This document shows, piece after piece, positions 41,853 through 55,265 of a stretch of 60,000 bases of DNA. The notes under the pieces were generated by a model. It searched no databases. It had not been told where the DNA came from and worked only from the letters and a program-made list of their open reading frames with translations. Positions within the stretch are counted from its first letter, which is position 1. Each line of letters starts with the position of its first letter. Origin of the DNA: Schmidtea polychroa (lineage: Eukaryota); contig CM097885.1 in assembly GCA_044892525.1 (NCBI GenBank), positions 33,234,001 through 33,294,000 on the forward strand. The letters run 5' to 3'. The translations under genes were made by a program, and so were the position numbers.

Positions 41853-43526
41853 TTGATATATCAAAATACTGTTATTTATAAATCAACTAAAAATACTCAA
41901 AAATACTATATTATTTTACTGAATGATACCTTAAATGTTTTTAATATACATATTTCTAAAATAAATCAACAGTTCAAACCAACAACATGTATGGATGACC
42001 ACCCATTGTTAATTTATTCCCAGTGTCACGTCCCTCAAAAATACCGTGAGTGTTTTAACAAAACTGAGCTCAAAGAAACTTTCCAGATAACAACTCACCT
42101 GAATGTTTTGAACAAAAATGAGCGAAATTGAGAACAAACGATTAGATGGCGATTAACTTCTGGCCACAACCCTAACAACATGAAAATTAAGATTTTAATT
42201 ATTGAATTCGTTGTTTTCTGTTTGGAAATACTAACAGAATATTTTTTAATTCAAAGAATCTTCATTATAAATTTTGAATTTAAAAAATTAAATGAAGGAT
42301 ATATAAGTGTACATAAAATTATAATATTATATAAAATTATACTATATAATAATGTTAATGTTTAAATATGCTTAAATAACTAAATTGTTTAAATATGTTT
42401 AAATAACTAAATTTAAATTATTTAAATTTAAATTATTTAAATATACTTTTGAAATAACTTTATTTCTTTCGTTTTAGTATCCATAAAGTAAGCAAATAAA
42501 GAATTTACTACAATATTTTAATTATTTTACTTAGTAATGAAGAAAATGAATTATATAATTATGAAGAAGATGAACAAAATGGTGAAACACTAAATGACTT
42601 ATGTTCTGGATTTAGAAATTTCTTATTAAAACATGAATTATAGAAGAAAATGAACCAGACAAAATGGTGAAACATTGCTATGTTCTAGATTTTTTAAATG
42701 AATTAGCTGATTGTGGGTGTCCTTCAACATGAATTATCAGACTTAAATTATGTAATCTTTCAACGAATGTCAAGAAAAATGGGAAAAACCAATGTTTTAG
42801 CAATTAGATATTGTAAAGTACTACCTGAAGAATATTATTATTAATGTAAGACATGAATTAATTCTTTAAAATATATATATATTATATTTAGGTATCTGTG
42901 TTTTATGGTGGGAAATGACATTGAAAAAGTATACCACAAATAACAGTTGCCTAATTTATCAAGCCTGTGACGATAAAATGCTAGATAATGTAAGTTAATT
43001 GCTTTTAAATCAATATAAATTTTAGCAATGATAGTTGACGCCGCATCAGAGACTAAGAAATACGTCCAATTTGCAAGATGTATTCCAAATGGCCCGATGG
43101 AGATGATAATTTGAGATAGAATACCAGCAGAAGAGCGAGAAAAATTTGTAAATTAAATATAATAGGGTTGGGTGGGTCCTCTTTATCCCTTAATTAATAT
43201 ATATTTACAAGCTGATCGTCGTGGTGGGCGGTTGTAATCCAACTAGTGGGAGGCCTCTGTAAATATATATTTGTGTTAGTGAAAACATTAATTAATTTGG
43301 TTATAGTGCCAATGACGCATGTATTTTGAAATTATACGTTTCGAATGTGCTGGTAGTTGACTACCCATGCTAGGCGTAATGTTCCGTACGGAAAACTATA
43401 ATGCCCAGGTTCTTTTGACCCCACTTGGGGAAGGCACAGACGACCCTTGTGGACGCGAACAAATATCCACCGTGTCTTTCAGGCACAGATATTTGGTCAC
43501 TGCTCATTAGGCCTGGCAATAATAAA
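41853..43526 (+). pseudogene. intron-containing cargo pseudogene(s) of unknown family, right-arm copy
   Basis: Five short AT-rich GTAA...AG intron candidates (42488-42534, 42846-42891, 42990-43025, 43148-43211, 43259-43306) separate GC-richer exons with in-frame stops. AATAAA lies at 43521. Confidence 0.5.
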
Positions 43527-43620
43527 TGCATAAACTTTGCCTTGTCCTCTCTTGTCTTGATTTTTATAGTTTAAATATAAAAGTGTGTGTGATAGGTTTT
43601 ATTTACTAACCATAATTAAT

Positions 43621-43712
43621 ATACCCTTGCGATATGTTGAGTGTGAGTAGTACCTTTGTGAGCAATACCCATAGGGGGACAGAATATTTTGTCGGATAGA
43701 CTAGGAGTATAT
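43621..43712 (+). promoter_or_regulatory. conserved Polinton-associated module
   Basis: Full copy. Confidence 0.6.
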
Positions 43713-43885
43713 ACACCCATGTTAAACAAGGTATGTGTATATAGAATGTGTGTGTAAAATTATCGCTCCTTATTGACAACTTCCTGTAAAGGCAAACACA
43801 GAATACTGCAAACATAATAATACTCTACCCCATAACTTAGTATGTAAAAATTATTTAAGGTTTTTTCACTAATAATAATAATAAT

Positions 43886-43939
<54 letters not shown>

Positions 43940-44645
43940 GTTTAATGGGTTGTGTGAGTGTAAATAATATTCTAGGTTTTCACGAATATTGATAATAATA
44001 ATGGTTTATGAGTGTTTTTATGTTTTTGACTAATATTTGCAATAATAATAATGGTTAATGAGTTGTGCATGTGTGTGTGTGTAGAAATATTTTAGGTTTT
44101 TAATATTGATAATAATAATTGTTAATGGGTTGTGTGTGTGTGTGTAAAAAAATATTTTATGTTTTCACTAATAATGATAATAATAATAAGTTTAATGAGT
44201 TGTATGTGTGTGTGTGTAAAAATATTTTAGGTTTTTAATATTGATAATAATAATTGTTAGTGGGTTGTGTGTGTGTGTAAAAAATATTTTAGGTTTTCAC
44301 TAATAATGATAATAATAATGGTTAATGAGTTGTGCATGTGTAAATAATATTTTAGGTTTTTGACTAATATTGATAATAATAATTGTTAATGGGTTGTGTG
44401 AGTGTAAATAATATTTTAGGTTTTTGACTAATATTTGCAATAATAATAATAATAATAATAAGTTTAATGAGTTGTATGTGTGTAAATAATATTTTAGGTT
44501 TTTGATATTGATAATAATAATAATAATGGTTAATGGGTTGTGTGTGTGTGTGTGTGTAGAAAATATTTTAGGTTTTTAATACTGATAATAATAATAATGG
44601 TTGAGGGGTTGTGTGTGTAAACCATATTTTAGATTTTTCATTAAC

Positions 44646-44690
<45 letters not shown>

Positions 44691-44912
44691 TCCCGCGCGT
44701 GTTAATACTTTAAAAGAAAATATTGAAAATTTAAAAAATAATAATATTTATGCAAAGCATGTGCAATAATTATGTCTTTGTTAATTAAGTAAACTTTAGT
44801 GTCAAAATAAGTTTTTAAAATATTTTTAAATTTTAAAATACCGCAACTTAATATATTTTTGTTCTACCCCTTCATTGATTTAAGTTGGTCAGAATTTAAT
44901 AATAATTATATT

Positions 44913-45022
44913 ATACCCTTTGAGACATGTTGAATGTGAGTAGTACACCTTGCTACCATTACCCATATGAGCAATACCCATAAAGGGATAGAATATTTTG
45001 TCGGATAGATTAAGAGTATATA
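44913..45022 (+). promoter_or_regulatory. conserved Polinton-associated module
   Basis: Full copy. Its upstream block 44735-44915 is also present in element C at ~27200-27375. Confidence 0.6.
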
Positions 45023-45054
45023 TGATAATAATATTCCCGGTGCGCGTAATAATA

Positions 45055-45139
<85 letters not shown>

Positions 45140-45273
45140 TTACTTTGAAATGTATGTTGTAGTGAGCACACCACTAATTATATGAGTTGAGCGTATATTT
45201 AAAGAATAATATTTAGAATTTAGAAAATTTTACCTTGAATATTTTTACCAGTACCTTTGTGAACAATAACCAT

Positions 45274-45359
45274 GTGACTTGTTGAGTGTGAGTAGTACCC
45301 TTGCTAGCAATACCCATAGGGAGACAGAATATTTTGTCGGATAAACTCGGTGTATATAT

Positions 45360-45360
<1 letters not shown>
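45274..45360 (+). promoter_or_regulatory. conserved Polinton-associated module
   Basis: Full copy. Confidence 0.6.
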
Positions 45361-45437
<77 letters not shown>

Positions 45438-45440
45438 TAA

Positions 45441-45474
<34 letters not shown>

Positions 45475-47371
45475 CTTAGAAACTAAAAACTTAGAAAATA
45501 ATAATTATTTTAATAAATGACCTTGAAAAATTAAATGACCTTGAAAAGTAAATGACCTTGAAAATTAAATGACCTTGAAAAATTAAATGACCTTGAAAAT
45601 TAAATGACCTTGAAAATTAAATGACCTTGAAAATAAAAAGATTACTTAATTAAAACAAAAAATTAAATTAAAAAAAAATGACCTTGACCTTGATGAGTCA
45701 TATGACCTTGGGAATGACCTTGATGAGTCATCGTTCTAAAAATATTAGACATCGTTGGGTGAGTCATTGGGTGAGTCATTCTCTTTGTTAATATTAATGA
45801 TGATGATACCTTCTATGGCTCATTCGAAAGGTCTTGGACTGAGCTTTAAGATGAGGTATCGTCCAATAAATTCGGATAATGGGAACATTAATTTTTGGGA
45901 TGAAAAAGAGTAGGGGCCCGCCAGACCACTTAATAATTATATGACCTTGAAAATGATTTTTGGTAAAATGTTAATAACTTTGTCAATAATAATGATGATG
46001 ATACCTTCATTAGCTCATTCGAAAGGTCTTGCATTGGGTTTTAAAATGAGGTATCGTCCAATAAAATCCGTTGGTGGGAACATTAATTTTTGGGATGAGA
46101 AAAAGTATGTCCCCGCTCGGCCAATTAATAATATTTTGAATAATAATAATAATTTAACGTTGAAAAGATGGTGGTCATCAATTGTTAATAACTTTGTCAA
46201 TAATAATGATGATGATACCTTCTATGAATCAATCGAAAGGTCTTGCATTGGGCTTTAAAATGAGCTATCGTTGAATAATTATCGTTGTCGGGAACTCTGT
46301 ACATTTAAATTTTAAAATATGACCTTGAAAAAATAAATGACCTTGAAAAAATAAATGACCTTGAAAAAATAAATGACCTTGAAAAAATAAATGACCTTGA
46401 AAAAATAAATGACCTTGAAAAAATAAATGACCTTGAAAAAATAAATGACCTTGAAAAAAATAAATGACCTTGACCTTGACCTTGAAAATAATATTTTGAA
46501 AAATAAATGACCTTGAAAAATGGTCTCGGTAAAACTTTAATAACTTTGCCGATGTTAATGATGATGATACCTTCTATGGCTCAATTGAAAGGTCTTAGAC
46601 TACGCTTCAAAATAAGCTATCTATTAATAAATTCGGATAATGGGAACATTAATTTTTGGGATGAGAAAAAGTATGTCCCCGCCCGGCCAATTAATAATAT
46701 TTTGAATAATAATAATAATTTAACGTTGAAAAGATGGTGGTCATCAATTGTTAATAACTTTGTCAATATTAATGATGATGATACCTTCTATGGATCAATC
46801 GAAAGGTCTTGCATTGGGCTTTAAAATGAGCTATCGTTGAATAATTATCGTTGTCGGGAACTCTGTACATTTAAATTTTAAAATATGACCTTGAAAAAAT
46901 AAATGACCTTGAAAAAATAAATGACCTTGAAAAAATAAATGACCTTGAAAAAATAAATGACCTTGAAAAAATAAATGACCTTGAAAAAATAAATGACCTT
47001 GAAAAAAATAAATGACCTTGACCTTGACCTTGAAAATAATATTTTGAAAAATAAATGACCTTGAAAAATGGTCTCGGTAAAACTTTAATAACTTTGCCGA
47101 TGTTGGGAACATTAATTTTTGGGATGAAAAAAAGTGTGTCCCCTCCAGGCCAATTAATTAAAACAAAAAATTAAAAAAAAAAATTTTTTTTTTTTTCCCG
47201 GGGGGGGGGGGGAGGGGGTATATGTGGTCTGGAGGGGACCTGGTCTGGCGGGGACCAATCATACTACTTATGTATATATGATCTTATAAGAATTTCTATA
47301 AAATTTTATTAATATTTAAATTTAATAATTAAAAAAGCTTTTAAATTTATTTGATAAACTTTTCTTAATAT

Positions 47372-48110
47372 TTATTTATTAAAAAACCAATTGTAACTGA
47401 AGAAATCATTTAAGTTTATTCTGCCCTCAGGGTTAAAATCTAAACATTTGTCAATTAGGTTTCTGGCATTTTCTGAACATTTGTAATATGGTATAGAAGT
47501 AATATTCTCATAATCATTCTCGGTATTAAAAAGTAATCTTTTTTCAATAGAAATATAAAGTAAACATCCAATTTCGAAAACCATATTTTTCTTGATATCG
47601 TATGTGTTTTCTTTCACTGCCTCATAGCTTGAATATCCGAGAGTGCCAACATATTCACAATGTTTACGATTTTCTTCTAGTTTTTCATAGATTGAACTTT
47701 CGAAGTCTATAAATTTGATATTTTTAGGTAACTATTTTTCATAATATTTTCAAGCTTTATATCTAAATGATAAAAGCTTTTACTGATTAATTTCTGTAAA
47801 CCCTTGATTACATTCCTTAAAATCTTTCTCATACGAATTTCACTTCTTGATTTTGTCCATCCTATCTCTATTGAGATTTTCCATAACTATTGTAAATGCT
47901 GTATTAGTCTGAATATAATCTTAAACCTTTGAACTAAGATTTTCTTTTTCAATTGATTATGGAAACAGTAATTCTTTCGGTATTTGAAAAGGATAATGTT
48001 TATTTCGAATAACCTAATAATTTTCGGATTTTGAGAAACATTTAATGACAACAGTTTTATGATCTAGATTTTTGTTCGATTTGTTTTATGCTCTTTTCGA
48101 ATTATTTTCC
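47372..48110 (-). pseudogene. intronless Ser/Thr protein kinase pseudogene (PIM/CAMK-like)
   Basis: Motifs VVIK, FTIVME, YHLDIKLENI, KFIDFE, YVGTLGY and LIDKCL..NPEGRI are present, with frameshifts and stops. Confidence 0.8.
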
Positions 48111-48950
48111 GGTTCTTGGATTATTGAAATTAATTTATAATTTTTATTAATAATAATTTTTTGATTAAGTTAATTAAATAAATTTTAATTCTATAAATTG
48201 AAATAATTTCATAAAACTATTTTTCGATTTTCACCTCAGATTTAATTTAATTGGCATTGTATTTATAAAGGAATTGACTATGAATCAGTAAAAATATCGA
48301 TGTTTTTTTATATTCACAAATTTTGCCTAATCCTTTTTATAAGTCTAAGATAATTCTTATAATTTAAATATTATTTTCATTCAGGAATCTTTTTTGTCCT
48401 ATTTAATATGTTAATCGAACATAAAATCTATTATTAATTATGTTTTATAATATAGAAGACTTTTCTCTTAATATTATTATTTGCTTTGGATCAAAAAATT
48501 TTGTTTTCAATTTTTTTCGAATAACCGAGGACGGTTAATAAAAACTTTATAAACTGTCTTTGAATATATTTAGTACAAATCACAATATGAGTAATACTGG
48601 GTTAATATAACCAAAGAAATTCATCTATGGTGGGACATTTTGACCTGAAGGTTTCTAGGAACCGATGAAGGTTAAGTTATATTTGATATTATTCTTTGAC
48701 TTCATTTATTTAAATTTATTATGTATGTAGAAACAATAAAAGAGACATTTATCTATATAATAAAATATGTGAACATCAAAATATTAGTTTTGCATTATTT
48801 ATTTCAGTGAAATTAATAAATTTCATTATCATATTTGATAAACATTTACCCGAAACCATATTAAACCTATTGACGTAAATTTCTTTTTAATTTATTTATT
48901 TTGTCTAGAATTTAGAGTTTTCTGCGTCAATTAATTTGACAGAAATAAAT

Positions 48951-49068
<118 letters not shown>

Positions 49069-49452
49069 TACGATGTGTATTATATTATTCTTATATTTAT
49101 TTTTTAATGAAAGTTACCATCAATCTCTTTATCTTTAATTAGTATAATTTTGATAGAATAATTGACAGGTTGAAATTGAATTTTTCTGAGTCTATTGTGC
49201 TTTGAGATAAGTGGTTTATCATTTTTCTTTAAGAGACATAAGTTCTTTAAAATTTCTCTTCTGTGGAGACGAATCTTAAAGTTAAAATTAAATTAGAAAT
49301 GAAATTTTGGTTTCAAGTAGTTACGCAAATTTCTCAATATAATATTCAATTATTTTTTCATCTGTTTTCTTTTTTATTTTATTTAACTTACAAATTAATT
49401 AATTATAAATTTCAATATAGAATACCAACCTGGATATTGCAATAGATATATA

Positions 49453-50168
49453 TACTCAACTCTTATTTTACACACTTTTTTACACGATTTCGAAATAACA
49501 CGATCCAAAAAATCGATATAACACGAATTTCAAAATAATTTTATAATTTAAAAGAAATTCACGTTTTACAGTGTATTTTATTCATTATGTACATGTATCT
49601 ACAAAAATAAAATATAATTAGGAGAATAAACGAATTTTATTATATCTCTTGCATTTTCTTTTCTATTGCTCGTTGCATTTTATAGATTGTGTTAAGCAAT
49701 TCATCATTGAGTATTTTGTGTTCAAAGTGTTCATTTCGTACGATGCATAAATCGTTTTCTTATGTAAAGCTAACAAGTTACATATAGATGTGTTAGACTC
49801 TAGCGATGAAAACAATATTATAAGTGCTCGGTTATTATCTAGTATTGATGATTTCACTAAATAAGCTTTTGATTTGTAATTCAAATTTTTTATAATTAAT
49901 TATGGACTAAAATTTATTTGTTATCTTTTTTAATAAAAATGAGAATGAGATATATACGAATATGTTGTAGAATAATTATATATGTGTTTTCATAAGATTT
50001 ATTTGCACGAATTTTCATACCAAAAAGTTTTTTTTCATCTTACACGGTTTTCTAAAATTCTGGAACACATCCTCAATTTTACTATGTCTTCATGTCTTTT
50101 TTACATGGTTTTATTTTACACGGATTTCTTTGGAACGTATCTACCGTGTATAAACGTAGTTGGGTGTA
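49453..50168. mobile_element. possible pogo/Tc1-mariner-type MITE
   Basis: Degenerate TA-flanked inverted ends (TACTCAACTCTTATTTTACAC vs GTGTATAAACGTAGTTGGGTGTA) with subterminal ACACG repeats. Confidence 0.4.
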
Positions 50169-51689
50169 TAGTGCCTATTAATTACTAACTCCTTGTGTTC
50201 TTTAATGAATTACCTAGAAAATCAACAAACAAACATTGATAATAAATTATCATTAAATTAGAAAAAAATACAGATTTCAATATTAATCACTTGACTGCTA
50301 AGTTCATGTTCAGTTTCGATTGATAATCTCAATTCATAGACCGTCTTAAATACACAATTTGATACTTTTTGAACCTTTTCATTCTTTTTTTATATCACTC
50401 AAGTTACATTGTTAATCTTTATTATATTTTTAATCATTAGCCTATTTTTCAAATTTTAGGTCGAATAATTCATTTTTTATTGTTTTTCTGTAAATACAAA
50501 TTTCTGTGTATTTTGCAAATAATAATACAGTTTTTCATAATTTTATTCTCATTATTTCTTTTCTTGCCACCAGTTCATCATAAACCAATTTTCGTAACTT
50601 TTATTTCATTTTATATCTGAAGTCATATTTCTTTAAAAAATAAATTCTTGTTTAATTTTTATGATATTAATCAAAATAGATAATAGTAAAAATATTTTCA
50701 ATTTTTCTTTCATTTTTTGTACTAAAATATATATTTTCTTTTAAATCTGTATAAATAATTTAATTTTCACATTAATATTTGGGCAATAATTAACTTATCC
50801 AAGTATCAAATTGAGACTGATTTCACTAAGTGGTTTCGTCCTAGATTTTCCTAATAAGTAACAAATCTACGAAAAATTTACTATTAAATTCAAAGAAAAA
50901 ACAAAATATTGGAAATCAAATTTAATCTTTCACATACAAATGTTATTTATATACTGTTGAAATAGTTATCAGCAAGATAGTGAGATATAAGTTTCATGGT
51001 TAAACTCGGTTTGAAGGGTTGGATATATCAAAAATCAAAACCGAATCTTATGAAAATATCAATGGCGATTATACATTATTTGATTCAGAAAATTCCAACC
51101 AAATATCACATAACATATCTGTAGGGTTAAACGACTCATATATTAGAGTATTGTTAGAAAATCGCAAATAAACATTTAATATTCCATTTTAAGTCAAAGA
51201 GGTTGGTGAAATCATCAATTCCAGCTTAGAATTATTAATTAACTTCGACATTACTTGAATTCAATTGATGAATTCAAAATAATTTTATTATGCATGAGAT
51301 AACAATGATAAAAATTTAAATTTTTCATAATAAATATTCTTCTATTAAGAAAATAATAGTTTAAAACAAATTTTAGTTAAAATCTATGTCTATTTCTAAC
51401 AATGAGTAAAACATTTTATTGAAATCGTCTAAATTTATAATTCTGGTCGTAACACTTGTATGTCTGTATTTATGTATGTTTCTGCTACAATATATTTCTT
51501 CTGCATAAGTTATTTATAACAATAAGTAGATAAATTTAATAAAATTTAATATTCGAATGAAATTAGGTGGGAGCAAGTGATAAACAAATTGTTGATTTTT
51601 TTATATACTGAAATTATGCAAGCACGTAAGTTGTGTTTGATTTTCGAAAGAGTGCAACGATATCACAATAATTTAAGAGTTTCTGTTAA

Positions 51690-51907
51690 CCCTGCAGAGC
51701 GCGCGCTAAAAAAATAGTAAAAATAGTAAAGACTGTTGTCTAAAATTATAATGATTTAATAATGTATTAATGATTTTGGTCGAAATTAAAGTAAAGCTGA
51801 AATGAATCAGCTACAGAATGTTCTGAATTGATGCTACGCCACAAAAAAAGTTTTTACGCAAAAAAAGATCGTCTGGGTCTGTGAGACCCAACGCGCCCTC
51901 TGGCGGG
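51690..51907. mobile_element. piggyBac-like MITE
   Basis: TTAA|CCCTGCAGAGCGCGCG ... CGCGCCCTCTGGCGGG|TTAA, an imperfect TIR. Confidence 0.75.
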
Positions 51908-53457
51908 TTAATAACACTGTACCGATGTGTATTTTTAAAATAAATTCGCACATTTACCAAAAATATTGTAATAAATGTTTAAGTATTTTGCATTATGAAA
52001 TAAATAAAAATAAAAAAAAGAATTAGATGTTCTAATTTGTATACCACTAGAACATAAAAATAACTAATTAATGTAAACCTAAAATTTAAACAGAGAACAG
52101 CAGATTTTTTTAAAATTTCTTATTTCTTATTTATTTCGGATTTCTATTTATTTAAAAAAGAAAACTTACAAGGATGCTTATACAATAAACAGATCTTAGT
52201 TGTTTTGATTAAATAATGAACATTATTTTTAATGAAAAAATAATTAGGCATAAAAACATTTTTTTGATTATTGATTTTAAATTACAAAACGCATATTCTA
52301 ACGTAATAAGTAAGCATTAATTGAATTTCCTTTTTCATTGAAATCTAATGATTTTCTTCTTTGGAATAGTTAATTTAATAATGATATTTATTCACAAAAT
52401 TGATTATTTAAGAAATTTTTTAACTATTTAAAAAAAACAAAATATTACATATTAATTCACAGTGAATTTACATCGACGTCTAGTCTAAGTTTTCAGGGCA
52501 TCCGTTTATGGAAAACTTTGCTAAACGTTTCAAAAATATTTTAAATGTTTCTTTTAAAAATGAAATTTGTAAATATATCTTTTGAAATAAATAATTAGAA
52601 AAAAGCATTAATTAATCAATGATTATTAAATTAATAAAAATTTAGTAGAATTAATAAAATATAGTATAATAATTATTTAAATAAAAATATAGATTGATTT
52701 TACTATTACAAAATTTGAAATTTTATCTATTAATTTTAAAATTATGTAAAATATATTTTAACAATTTTTTTTCATATATATTTTTTTTCATATTTTCATG
52801 TATTTAGTAAAATGTAAAGTTATTTTGACAACATTATATAAAATAAAAAAAGGTGGTACTTTAGTTTGGTTTATGAAAGAATAATGTTGTGATAGTGATT
52901 TTTTACACACAAAACTAATTCGAATTTTTACAAGCATTTTATGGCAAATATATATTTGAATGAGTTTTTAACTGTCGTTTCATATGGATTAGCATCAGGA
53001 CTTTTTGGATCACCAAATGCCAAACAATCTACATTGACAGAATAATCACAAATAAAATCTTTATTAAACTCAAAATGTCATCTGATTTTACTTTATTTCA
53101 GTCAAATAATAACAGGGATATTATCTTGTTTTGAATAAATTAAAACAATTTGGAAACTTTATTTTCAGTCATATACAATTTTTAATTAAAGCTCAATCAA
53201 ATTTAAAATAATTCTATTTAAAAATGTTACTCATTATAATACAAAAAAAATAATACAGTTTGGCTATTTTATGTTTATAATATGTTTATATTTATGTTTA
53301 TATTTTAGCTATAAGGGTACTGATTTTGAAAATAAATAAATAAATAAATGAATAAATAAATAATATAATATAAGTATCTTGTGATTAAACTAATTGTGAT
53401 TAAGAATAAGATACAACTTCAATGATTGATTAAGACAGAAAAAATTAGACTTTAATT

Positions 53458-53563
53458 TGTATTGCTATCCATTCATCAAGATAACTTGGCAGTAGTGCTT
53501 CGTTTGTTCCATACATATATTCGAACTTTCTTTTTGCAGGACTCCAACAAGCTTCAACATTGT
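53458..53563 (-). pseudogene. Merlin/IS1016-like (ISXO2-type) transposase C-terminal fragment
   Basis: NNVEACWSPAKRKFEYMYGTNEALLPSYLDEW matches the NxIExxWSxxK...YLDEF motif. Confidence 0.65.
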
Positions 53564-54538
53564 TCCAATAAAAAAATTTATATTATATTATATTACATTA
53601 TTTATTTTCAAAATCAATACACTTATTCTTCACCATAACCTGCAAACTTCCTTATATATAACAAAATATATTTTACATTATAAAATAATTGATCCAATAT
53701 TTATCAAAAATGATCTTATAAAATATTACTAAAGTTTTTCATCAAATTTTGAACAGTTATTAGAACTTCAACATCATTAACATTTTGTCAAATCACTTTA
53801 GTTTTCTTTAATTTAATATCTTTTTAATCGAATTCTATTTTTATGCTTTCTTCATTCATTAATTTTAATAATTGTTAATTACAACAAATTTAGACATTAA
53901 ACCAATTAAATCCTTCCTGTTATTTTTTTGGTTTGTTTTGCATTCTTTCAAGCTTCACTGTGAAGCCTTCACAATTTAATATAAACGTATTTGATGGTTT
54001 TAAATATTAAATAAACATGATAAATCATTATATGATAAATAAATTAACAATTATCTTGTTTCATTGATAGCCAAAAAGTAAAATTTATACGAAATTAAAA
54101 TCAAAGTTTTCTAATTGATTATATCAAAGAATTAATCAAAAAATCAATATTTTATTAAAATTTTTTTAAAATAATTATTATCTTTATTTATGGTCTGCAT
54201 TGAGAGAAAAGGAGAAAACTTAGTGGAATTATTTTTATTAGACTTGCATAAAAACGAAATATTTTATGTATTCATTGCTTTGTTTTATTATATAATTGAT
54301 ATCAGACACTTTCCATTAAAAAAGGTTTTAAATGAATTGTGTTCGAGAAATTTTAAACAAATATTGTTTTGTTTATTTCAATTTGAATAATTTTGAAATA
54401 ATTTATCAATTTCAAGACGAATTAAAAATTTTGTTAAACCAAATATTTTGAGAATTTTTTTGGTCAAATGAAAATAATATATAATGATTTTATATAATAA
54501 ACCAAAAAGTATATTGCGTAATTTTAAACGTTCTATAT

Positions 54539-55265
54539 CAGTGTTGTCCAAACTGTGTGCCGCGGCGAGTGCCCAGGTGTGCCGTGAAATTTTTTAAAAA
54601 AAAGTCAAAAAAAACCCTGTTTTTCCAAACAACTTAATAAAAGGAAATTGAATTGTGGATATTTTAACAGTTATTTCAAATTTAAATGTTATTGATCAAT
54701 CCATTTGTTGAAATATCTGAAACAAATTTGTCAGGAATTGAGCTGGAAAACCTCACTGATTTGAGAAACGATATAACTTTGAAGATATTATTTTCTCAGA
54801 ACGAATTGTCAGAATTTTGGGTTTTTGTTAAAGACGAATATCCAAATTTGAGTAAGAAGGCAATTGAAATATTATTACTATTTGGTTCTTCTTATCTCTG
54901 TGAACTGGGATTTTCAACTCTTACCACAATTAAATCAAAGAAGCGGGAACGATGGTTAACATTGATCAAGAATTAAGAGTTTGTTTGTCAAAAATTCCAC
55001 CACGATTGGAACTTATTTGTTCGGAACATCAAGCACATAAATCTCATTAACTATGTTTTATGAATTTTTCATTCACTAATTTTTCTAAATTTAAAATTTT
55101 TTACATTAAATTTATTTCAAGTAAATAAGTTTTTCATTTCTTATTAAAAGATTAGTAAAAGTGCAATAAAAAATTGCAAATAAAGCAAAAAAAAATTTAG
55201 GTGTGCCGCGAAAATTTTTAATTCAGCCAAGTGTGCCGTGGCTCAAAAAAGTTTGGACAACACTG
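54539..55265 (+). mobile_element. internally deleted hAT (Buster/Charlie-type) element
   Basis: Perfect 16-bp TIR CAGTGTTGTCCAAACT and a degenerate 8-bp TSD (TTCTATAT/TTTTAAAT). It contains dimerization-domain ORF 54686-54976 (SYLCELGFS). Confidence 0.9.

Larger units (their letters stand above)
31903..47268. mobile_element. Element B: non-autonomous Polinton/Maverick-like 15.4-kb near-palindrome
   Basis: Ends are AGTAGTATGATTGGTCCCCG / CGGGGACCAATCATACTACT, with 6-bp TSD TATGTA (31897-31902, 47269-47274). Arms are 31903-39111 and 39785-47268 around a 673-bp spacer. No core Polinton ORFs are present. Confidence 0.9.
39785..47268 (-). repeat. right inverted arm of element B (~7.5 kb)
   Basis: Reverse complement of 31903-39111 with an extra partial subterminal unit. 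Confidence 0.95.

Noticed and set aside
33541..45360. Module copies as a CRISPR array or as integron attC sites
   Set aside because: Spacing is irregular (0.3-1.8 kb), orientations are mixed, the context is eukaryotic, and no cas or tyrosine-recombinase gene was seen
32097..46824. Four 105-aa ORFs (MTLK...) as a gene family
   Set aside because: They start in the TGACCTTGA repeat, lie within subterminal tandem units, have no recognisable domain, and their homologues in C are broken
31903..47268. Palindromes as pure sequencing or assembly fold-back artefacts
   Set aside because: The outer ends stop exactly at AG...CT termini with distinct flanks and 6-bp TSDs, and the arms differ in repeat number and SNPs. 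Read-level confirmation is still advisable
52900..53070. Minus-strand FICDYSVNVDCLAFGDPKSPDANPYE, faintly like an LGR/GPCR hinge
   Set aside because: Too short and interrupted to assign a family
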